Origin: Deltaproteobacteria bacterium
Lineage (GTDB): Bacteria > Desulfobacterota > Desulfarculia > Adiutricales > Adiutricaceae
Assembly: GCA_031277995.1 (NCBI GenBank)
Contig: JAITLH010000108.1
Span: 1 to 33,547 of the forward strand
DNA: 33,547 nt
Reading direction: 5' to 3'
Shown: piece after piece, positions 16,996 through 23,198 of the stretch
Layout: every line of letters starts with the position of its first letter
Numbering within the stretch: the first letter of the stretch is position 1
The notes under the pieces: model-generated
What the model saw: the letters and a program-made list of their open reading frames with translations, nothing else
Told to the model about the DNA's origin: nothing
The model's database searches: none
Translations under genes and position numbers: made by a program

Positions 16996-18096
16996 ATGGC
17001 CAGCGACCGACCCAAAAGCCCCAAAGGCCATGGACCCAAATGGCCCGGGCCCAAAAGCCAAGGCCCCAATGTCCAAGGTCCCAATGTCCAAGACCCCAGG
17101 CTGCCTGACCCCCAGGAACAAAACTCCCAGGAATTGGGGCCGGACGGGAAAAAGCCGATCTTAAACCAATCGCTCGAACAATTGGCGGAGTATTCGCGAA
17201 AAAAGCTCGGGATCGAAACCCTGGTCGAGGAACTAAGCGGCTTATCCACCATAGGCATTGGCGGCCCGGCCGTGGTCATTAGGGTAAAAAACGACCAAGA
17301 GCTTATGAAAGTCGTGACCTTCCACGCCCGGGAGGGTTTGGGCTTGGGCGTTATCGGCGGCGGCAGTAACGTTCTTTTTCCGGACGGGGGGCTTTTGGCC
17401 GCGGTGGTCAGGTTGGACGGGGATTTTAAGGAGCTCGCGGTTACCGGAAATTTCGTTAGCGCCGGGGCCGGGACTCCGGTGGGGCTTATCCTTGAGGCCG
17501 GCCAAGAAAACGGTCTGACCGGTTTGGAGTTTTTGGCCGGTTTGCCGGGCACGGTGGGCGGCGCGGTCATGGGTAACGCCGGGTCCAAAAGCCAGGGCCT
17601 GGCCGAGTTAATCGAAAAAATGGAGCTTATTACTCCCTTAGGCGAAAATTTGACCCTGCGGCGGGAAGAAATTTACCCGGTTTATCGGTCGCTTAATTTG
17701 CCCGAGAGCCTTTGCGGGTCCATCGTCAAAAGGGTGACCTTGGCCTTAAGGCCCTCAAACAAAGACTTGGTGGCCAAAAAAATCGCCGAGGAAAGAAAAG
17801 CCCGGCGCGAAGGCCAACCCATCGGACGGAGCCTGGGCTGCGTTTTTAAAAACCCCCAGGGTCAATCGGCCGGAAGGCTCATTGACTTATGCGGCCTTAA
17901 GGGCCAAGCCCAGGGCGGGGCCCAGATATCCCAAAAGCACGCCAACTTTATCCTAAACATCAAACGGGCCAAGGCCTCTGACGTTTTGGCCCTGGCCAAG
18001 CTGGCTAGAAGCGAAGTTTTGGCCAAGCATCGAATTAAACTTTTAACGGAAATAAAAATCTGGGACGAAATGGCCCGCGAGGTGGGCCTTTCCTAA
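16996..18096 (+). CDS. murB: UDP-N-acetylenolpyruvoylglucosamine reductase MurB with a P/K/Q-rich N-terminal extension
   Basis: Motifs are GIGGPA, GGGSNVLF, GLEFLAGLPGTVGGAVMGNAG, LGCVFKNP and HANFILN. AAAGGA lies 5 nt upstream of ATG 16996, which supports the extension of about 60 aa (..GPNVQGPNVQDP.., from a 15-bp tandem duplication). Confidence 0.9.
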   Translation: MASDRPKSPKGHGPKWPGPKSQGPNVQGPNVQDPRLPDPQEQNSQELGPDGKKPILNQSLEQLAEYSRKKLGIETLVEELSGLSTIGIGGPAVVIRVKNDQELMKVVTFHAREGLGLGVIGGGSNVLFPDGGLLAAVVRLDGDFKELAVTGNFVSAGAGTPVGLILEAGQENGLTGLEFLAGLPGTVGGAVMGNAGSKSQGLAELIEKMELITPLGENLTLRREEIYPVYRSLNLPESLCGSIVKRVTLALRPSNKDLVAKKIAEERKARREGQPIGRSLGCVFKNPQGQSAGRLIDLCGLKGQAQGGAQISQKHANFILNIKRAKASDVLALAKLARSEVLAKHRIKLLTEIKIWDEMAREVGLS

Positions 18097-18100
18097 AAAG

Positions 18101-18141
18101 GCTTAAGCCCATGGCCTAAGCCCTTGGCCTTAAGCCCCAAA
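18101..18141. repeat. 13-14-nt tandem repeat x3 in the murB-ftsQ gap
   Basis: The units read gcttaagcccatg, gcctaagcccttg and gccttaagccccaaa. The word family is the same as in the 14-nt array at 14127. Confidence 0.75.
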
Positions 18142-18172
18142 CCAAAATAACATTCAATGGGACGAGAGTAAA

Positions 18173-19147
18173 TTGGCCTATAAATTCAATCCAAGCGAAA
18201 GGCCCCAGGCCAAAAAGATCCGGCCGCCAGAGTTTCGGCCTTCGCCTAAACCCAATGGCAAAAACCGGCGCCGCGAAAAGAAAAAACCCTTTTTTTCCTT
18301 TAAGCCGGACCTGGGTAAGCTCCCGTCGGTGGGCGCCCTCGTCAAGGAAGCCTTTAAGCTAATTTTGGTGGGCACGGTTTCCTTTTTTGTCCTGGCCGTT
18401 CTGACTGTGGGCATAATTATAGGGTATATGTATGTCAATGAGTCTGATTATTTTATGATAAAGCCCCAATCTATCTTGGTCACGGGCTTGTCAAAGCTCT
18501 CAAGAGCTGAAGTTTTAGAGGCGGCCGGTCTACAAATATCCGTGAATAGCTTGACTTTAGACACAAAGAATGTTATAAAAAAAGTTAAAGAAATACCCTG
18601 GGTTGAAAGTGCCGAGATCAGTCAGACATTACCAAATGGGTTAAGTCTTAAAGTTACCGAATATCAACCCAAGGCCATCGCTAATTTGCAATATTTGTAT
18701 TTCATTGATGAAAAAGGATTTCCCTTTAAAAAATTAGATCCCACGGAAGTCTCAAATCTACCGATAATTAGCGGTTTTACTTTCGAGGAACTTTCCGATT
18801 CCGGCCCGCTCGTAAGAGACGGTTTGGCCGAGACCTTCGCTTTGATCGAGGTCCTCGATTCCAGAAAGGACGAGTATAGGACGGCCAACATCGCCGAGTT
18901 CCACTACGATCGAGACCGCGGCCTTACCCTTTACGTCAAAAAAAGCGGACTTAAGGTCAAGGTCGGCCTGGGCGATTACGCCCTGAAATTTTGGCGTTTG
19001 GGCAAAGTCACCGCCCATCTAAAAGACGAGGATCTTTATGGGACGTTGGCCTACGCCATGATCGATTACCCCGGCCGCGTCACGGTAAGCCATCGCCGCG
19101 GCGCCGCGGCCAATCCCGGCGGCCGGGCCGCCGGGCCCAATGGTTAA
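18173..19147 (+). CDS. ftsQ: Cell division protein FtsQ (POTRA domain)
   Basis: It has a basic cytoplasmic tail, one TM helix (LILVGTVSFFVLAVLTVGIIIGYMYV) and a POTRA-like segment (I.V.GLSKLSRAEVLEAAGL....L..D...V..KV.EIPWVESAEISQTLPNGLSLKVTEY.P.A). It lies before ftsA. Only a TTG start (18173) is available upstream of the TM helix. Confidence 0.85.
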   Translation: MAYKFNPSERPQAKKIRPPEFRPSPKPNGKNRRREKKKPFFSFKPDLGKLPSVGALVKEAFKLILVGTVSFFVLAVLTVGIIIGYMYVNESDYFMIKPQSILVTGLSKLSRAEVLEAAGLQISVNSLTLDTKNVIKKVKEIPWVESAEISQTLPNGLSLKVTEYQPKAIANLQYLYFIDEKGFPFKKLDPTEVSNLPIISGFTFEELSDSGPLVRDGLAETFALIEVLDSRKDEYRTANIAEFHYDRDRGLTLYVKKSGLKVKVGLGDYALKFWRLGKVTAHLKDEDLYGTLAYAMIDYPGRVTVSHRRGAAANPGGRAAGPNG

Positions 19148-19470
19148 AGCCCGAAAGCTCGCCCCTTAAACGAGTGGGCGCCCTTAAAAAAATAAATCGG
19201 TTTTTTAAAAACCGGGAAGCCAAGGCCTCCCCAAAGGCCCCAAAGACTGGCAAGATTCGAGAGCGCGAAAGCCAGTCTCCCAAAGGTAACCCGGCCGGCC
19301 CTAGGCCCGGCCCATAAAGGGCGTTGGCCCTTGGCCCCAACAAAAGATCAAACGGTTCCCCGGCGCGTCGGATTGGTTTGGTCCCGTTTCCCATAATCGC
19401 GTACCTTTTCGCGAGGTTCGCCCATTTCGCGCCAAAATCGCCTTCACCGCGTTATAGGGAGGATTTAGAA

Positions 19471-20697
19471 ATGTCCAAAAGTGACGAAGTGTTAGTGGCC
19501 ATCGATATCGGGACCACTAAAATAGCTTGCCTGGTGGCCGAAAAAAACGAAGAGTCAGGCCTTAACATCAAAGCCATAGGGTACGCTCCTTCGGATGGTT
19601 TGGCCAATGGCCGGGTCATCGACATGCAAAAAACCGAGCGGGCCATCGTGGAAGCCGTGGATAAGGCCTCGCAATATTCGGGCTACGATTGCCAGTCGGC
19701 CTACATAGGCATCGCCGGGGAACACATAAAAGGAACGCAGGTTTACGCGCCCGTCGCGGTAAACGGTTCCGGGGTCATAAACCAAAGCGACATAGATCGG
19801 GCCATAAACTCGGCCATGGTTTTTCAGATTCCCACCAACCACACGATCCTTGACAGGCTCCCCATGGAGTTTTGGGTAGACGGGATGCAAGGGATAACCA
19901 ACCCCATAAACATGCGGGGCCATACGCTCGAAATGTTCCTAAACGTTTTCACCGTGGACTCCAACTGCCTAAACGATCTCTGCCAGTGCGTCCACAGCGC
20001 CGGTTTGGGGATAGAAAACGTGTATCTGGAATCGGTGGCCTCGGCCGAGGCGGTTTTGACCCAGGCGGAAAAGCAACAGGGCGTACTTTTGCTTGACATA
20101 GGTGGCGGGACCACGGGCATGGCCGTGTTCATGAACGGCGTTATCCACCACGTCCAGGAAATCGCCGTGGGCGGGGACGCCCTAACCTGCGATCTGGCCA
20201 CAAGCTTAAACATTTCCCTGGACTCGGCCGAACGGTTAAAGCTCTCACATGGCTACTGTTTTGAAGGGCTTCTTCCGTACGATTACGGCATCGAGGTCCC
20301 TTGCTTGGATGAAATCAATACCGTGGAAATCGGCGCCGACCATGTCTGCATGATCTTGAGAAGAAGGATGTCGAGCCTTTTCGCCCACGTCAACCGCGAG
20401 CTTATTTATAGCGGTTATGACGAAGGGGTAAAAAACGTGGTCGTGACGGGAGGGAGCTCGTTACTCATGGGCATTCGCGAGCTGGGCGTGGACATCTTCA
20501 ATCGGCAGATCCGGGTCGGCTATCCGCTCTTTAACGGAAGCATGGCCGAAATGGTGGGGAGCCCCATCTACTCCACCGCCGTGGGCCTGATGCTTTACAG
20601 CCAGAACAATTTATCTAACTTGGTAAACTTCGCCCCCAGAAAGAGTCCCTCTACGGGCGTATTGGGAAAATTCATGGATTTTCTGGCCGGTAGGTGA
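19471..20697 (+). CDS. ftsA: Cell division protein FtsA
   Basis: Actin-fold motifs are VAIDIGTTKIACLVAE, LLDIGGGTTGMAVF and VVTGGSSLLMGIRE. The C-terminal amphipathic segment is GVLGKFMDFLAGR. GGGAGGA at 19457..19463 precedes ATG 19471. The ORF-track start at 19324 adds an implausible leader. Confidence 0.93.
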   Translation: MSKSDEVLVAIDIGTTKIACLVAEKNEESGLNIKAIGYAPSDGLANGRVIDMQKTERAIVEAVDKASQYSGYDCQSAYIGIAGEHIKGTQVYAPVAVNGSGVINQSDIDRAINSAMVFQIPTNHTILDRLPMEFWVDGMQGITNPINMRGHTLEMFLNVFTVDSNCLNDLCQCVHSAGLGIENVYLESVASAEAVLTQAEKQQGVLLLDIGGGTTGMAVFMNGVIHHVQEIAVGGDALTCDLATSLNISLDSAERLKLSHGYCFEGLLPYDYGIEVPCLDEINTVEIGADHVCMILRRRMSSLFAHVNRELIYSGYDEGVKNVVVTGGSSLLMGIRELGVDIFNRQIRVGYPLFNGSMAEMVGSPIYSTAVGLMLYSQNNLSNLVNFAPRKSPSTGVLGKFMDFLAGR

Positions 20698-20723
20698 CGC
20701 CGCCGGGGTCAAAGCCAATGACG

Positions 20724-20874
20724 TTACCCGCGAAAGGGTAAAACAAAATCGCCATAAGTCCCACCCTCCCTTGGGCTTATGGCGACGAAAGTCATGGGCC
20801 GTGACCCCCCATTGGCCCCGGTTTTTTCCGTCCCTACGCGCTCGTGATTAAACCCCGATGCCCGCGGGTTTAAT
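20724..20874 (+). other. Cluster of three strong hairpins downstream of ftsA (possible structured RNA or 3' UTR element)
   Basis: Hairpin 1 is ttaccc-gcgaaa-gggtaa (20724..20741). Hairpin 2 pairs tcgccataag with cttatggcga, with an inner ccca/tggg extension (20749..20785). Hairpin 3 pairs attaaaccc with gggtttaat around a 10-nt loop (20847..20874). I recognise no known RNA family. Confidence 0.45.
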
Positions 20875-20910
20875 TTAGTGGGGCGGGGAGTCCGGGGCCC
20901 AAAGGCCATG

Positions 20911-20960
20911 GCCCATGGGCCCATTTTCTATGGGCCCATGGGCTAAAATAATTTTTTTTT
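20911..20960 (+). terminator. Probable intrinsic terminator between ftsA and the first FtsZ paralogue
   Basis: There is a perfect 13-bp GC-rich stem, gcccatgggccca-ttttcta-tgggcccatgggc (20911..20943). It is followed by taaaataa and a T9 run (20952..20960). The 8-nt gap before the T-run lowers confidence. Confidence 0.55.
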
Positions 20961-21056
20961 CGGGCTTTTCCATGGTCTGAGCCCTTTCAAACCAAGGTCT
21001 GAAAATAAAAAAAAAGAGCTTTTTGGTATTAAAGTTAATACTCATAAATATAAATA

Positions 21057-22184
21057 ATGGCCTCCCCTAAACGAAAAAAAGGCGCCCTCAAAAAACCGGC
21101 GATCCGCGTGGTGGCGGTGGGCTTGGGCGGCTGCGGCGCCGGGGCCATAGAACGAATGGTTAAGCGCGGCTCCAAGGTTTCGGCCCTGATCGCCGCCGAT
21201 AGCCTTTTCCCGCCCAGGGAATCGACCCCGGAATGCTTCGATATCCCAATCGGCGCAATCGGCGCAATCGGCCCAAACGGCGCAATCGGCGCAAACGGCC
21301 CAAACGGCGCAAACGGCGCAAACGGCCCAAACGGCGCCAAAGGCCTTTTGAGGGAATCGACCCCGGAATACTTCGATATCCCAATCGGCCCCAAAGGCCC
21401 TTTGGCCGACGGTTCCCAAAAGCCGGGGCGCCGAGCCATAAATGAGTCGCTTTCAAAAATCACCAAAACCATCGGAAAAGCCCAAATGGTTCTGGTCATC
21501 GCCGGACTTGGCGGATCGGTTGGCACGGCCGCGATAACGCCCTTGGTGGAAAGGTTAAAAAAGCGAAAAAAAGCCCCCCTCGTGGTTAGCGTGGTCGTAT
21601 TGCCCTTTGTCTGGGAATGGACCCGATCGATTTTGGCCAAAAAAACCGTCGAAACGCTTTTGGTTAAAAGCGACTCGGTTATCGCCGTTTCCAACGACAA
21701 GGTCCATTTGTCTAACCCCGGGGCCAAAATGCCCCAATGCCTGGCCATGGCCGATGGCCTGCTCGATTTGGCCGTAAGTTCTTTGACCGATCTGGTTTAC
21801 CAACCCGGCGAGATGAATTTGGATTTCGCCGATCTTCGGACGGCCCTGTCCGCGGGCGATCTTGGCGTCATGGGTTTTGGCGAGGCCAAAGGGCCCAATC
21901 GTTCCATAGAGGCGGCCAGAACGGCTTTAAACTCCCCCCTCATGGAAACCAAATCCCTAACCGGGGCCAAATATTTTTTAATCCAACTAAACGCCCCAAA
22001 GGACCTTAAGGCCAGTGAATTTATCGCCTTAAATGAGTTTTTAATCAAAGGGCTAAGCCCGCTCGCCCAGGTTTTTTTGGGCCTAACCTACGACGAAAAC
22101 CTCAGGGACTCGGTAAAAGTTATCGTCATCGCCACCGGTACCCTAAGCGACAAAAAAGACCCCCAAGTCCCCAAGGGCCCTTGA
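21057..22184 (+). CDS. Degenerate FtsZ paralogue (FtsZ/tubulin fold, eroded GTP-binding motifs, collagen-like insertion, no C-terminal tail)
   Basis: It is collinear with the downstream FtsZ. Shared strings include IRVVAVGLGGCGAGA, PLVVSVVVLPF, SVIAVSND, TDLVYQPGEMNLDFADLRTAL, LTGAKYFLIQL, PKDLKASEF and KVIVIATG. Against the paralogue and canonical FtsZ, NTD is ADS, GLGAGGxP is GPLADGSQKP, and the tubulin signature GGGTGTG is GGSVGTA. No SD precedes the ATG. Confidence 0.8.
   Translation: MASPKRKKGALKKPAIRVVAVGLGGCGAGAIERMVKRGSKVSALIAADSLFPPRESTPECFDIPIGAIGAIGPNGAIGANGPNGANGANGPNGAKGLLRESTPEYFDIPIGPKGPLADGSQKPGRRAINESLSKITKTIGKAQMVLVIAGLGGSVGTAAITPLVERLKKRKKAPLVVSVVVLPFVWEWTRSILAKKTVETLLVKSDSVIAVSNDKVHLSNPGAKMPQCLAMADGLLDLAVSSLTDLVYQPGEMNLDFADLRTALSAGDLGVMGFGEAKGPNRSIEAARTALNSPLMETKSLTGAKYFLIQLNAPKDLKASEFIALNEFLIKGLSPLAQVFLGLTYDENLRDSVKVIVIATGTLSDKKDPQVPKGP
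21216..21389 (+). repeat. In-frame internal duplication: two 39-bp direct repeats flanking ten 9-bp tandem units (a GXY triplet tract) inside the FtsZ paralogue
   Basis: agggaatcgaccccggaat[ga]cttcgatatcccaatcggc occurs at 21216..21254 and 21351..21389, with 1 mismatch and a 135-nt offset. Between them lie 9-mers such as gcaatcggc, gcaaacggc and ccaaacggc. The encoded sequence is RESTPECFDIPIG-(AIG AIG PNG AIG ANG PNG ANG ANG PNG AKG)-LL-RESTPEYFDIPIG. Confidence 0.9.
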
Positions 22185-22241
22185 CCTTACGGTTTTAAAG
22201 TCTCCAATGGCCCTTGACCTAATGGTTTTAAAGTCCCCAAG
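22176..22241. repeat. 33-bp tandem direct repeat x2 that includes the stop codon of the FtsZ paralogue
   Basis: ggcccttgacct[ta]a[ct]ggttttaaagtc[tc]cca occurs at 22176 and 22209. The TGA at 22182..22184 lies in copy 1. A degenerate third copy lies near 22333 (cgttttagtgtctccaatgagtcttgg). Confidence 0.8.
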
Positions 22242-22445
22242 GGTAGCGTTTTTTCGTCCCGAGCCCTAAAGAGCCTATTTTATGGGAATCTTATTTGAAA
22301 CGGATTTCTTTTAACCTAAAACATTTGGCTAACCGTTTTAGTGTCTCCAATGAGTCTTGGCAATCGAGCTAAAAACCTAGCGTAAAGTAACGTTTTTAGC
22401 CGAAATTAGCCGACAGGCTTCAAAAGGCCAGTGGCCGGAGTAAAA

Positions 22446-22510
22446 ATTAGGCGACCAAGGCTAGCCATCGTGACTCTAAAGGTCAGGGCGAGCCTAATTT
22501 TTTTTTAATC
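22446..22510 (+). terminator. Possible terminator: interrupted hairpin followed by a T10 run in the AT-rich spacer
   Basis: attaggc at 22446..22452 pairs with gcctaat at 22492..22498, with inner gacc/ggtc pairing, and tttttttttt follows. The large interior loop makes this weak. Confidence 0.35.
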
Positions 22511-22810
22511 GATCGAAATTTTTATCATCAAAGTTCAAAATCAGTGTTTTAGTTGAATGGCCAAACTGATATTGGCGTCTAGAATATTTTTTTACTTGAT
22601 TGTTTGAAAACCATTTGATATTATGAATAGGTATTTTAAGATAGGCGATATAGGTTGGCCTTGGCGGAAAAAGATAGGGTTTAATTTTGTCAGAAGGTCA
22701 CTGACAATGCGTTTGAATCTTTCCAATGCTAGCAAAAATCGCTAAAAACATAATGAGAATTCATCGTCCATAGAGATTGTTAGATATTTATGGCCAAACG
22801 CCAAGCCCAT

Positions 22811-22850
22811 CCATCGCCACCAAGGCGACGCGTCGCCTTGGTGGCGATGG
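22811..22850. repeat. Perfect 40-bp GC-rich palindrome in AT-rich DNA
   Basis: ccatcgccaccaaggcgacg|cgtcgccttggtggcgatgg is an exact reverse complement about the 22830/22831 centre (the centre reads acgcgt). No T-run follows. Confidence 0.9.
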
Positions 22851-23198
22851 CCTAAAGTCAAACCAAGTCGCCTAAAGTTAAGCCCCGTAAATCCAAGTCA
22901 CGTAAAACTCGATTCTTTACTATATTTTATTTCCCAACGCAAAATTAACCAGCCGATTTAATTTTTATAGTCCTCAAAAAATTTTTTTCGAATTTAAACT
23001 CGCCAATACGTAAGCTTAAAACCGACCGAATATTTCTTAAAATCTTGAAATCGCCTTTAAGTTCAATATTGGCAAAAAATAAATTAAACGCTTAAATTAG
23101 TTTTAGATAATTTAAGTTTCAAAAGGTAACAATATATCTGGAGCGCTCTTTAAACGCCGTTTTTAAGGTCGCGCGCATAGTTATAAGGAGTATGATCG

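Noticed and set aside
16947-17588. 213-aa ORF on the - strand
   Set aside because: It is antisense to the 5' part of murB, and its translation is repeat-derived and low-complexity (GSWTLGPWTLGPW). It is a shadow ORF.
18991-19394. ORF 18991..19317 (+, 108 aa, R/P/K-rich) and ORF 19080..19394 (-)
   Set aside because: They overlap the ftsQ 3' end and the ftsQ-ftsA gap in alternative frames. They are low-complexity, with no support as genes.
20724-20924. 66-aa - strand ORF between ftsA and the FtsZ paralogue
   Set aside because: It spans the hairpin cluster and terminator stem. The sequence is better explained by RNA/DNA structure than by coding.
21035-21748. 237-aa ORF on the - strand, and sibling ORFs 21042..21419 and 21160..21456
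   Set aside because: They are antisense to the FtsZ paralogue. Their repeated FAPFGP / CAVWA / RRLGRL strings are simply the 9-bp repeat read in other frames.
22623-22748. 41-aa basic sORF (MNRYFKIGDIGWPWRKK...) in the AT-rich spacer
   Set aside because: It has no SD and no recognisable features, and ORFs of this size are expected by chance in AT-rich DNA. It is kept only as something ribosome profiling could revisit.
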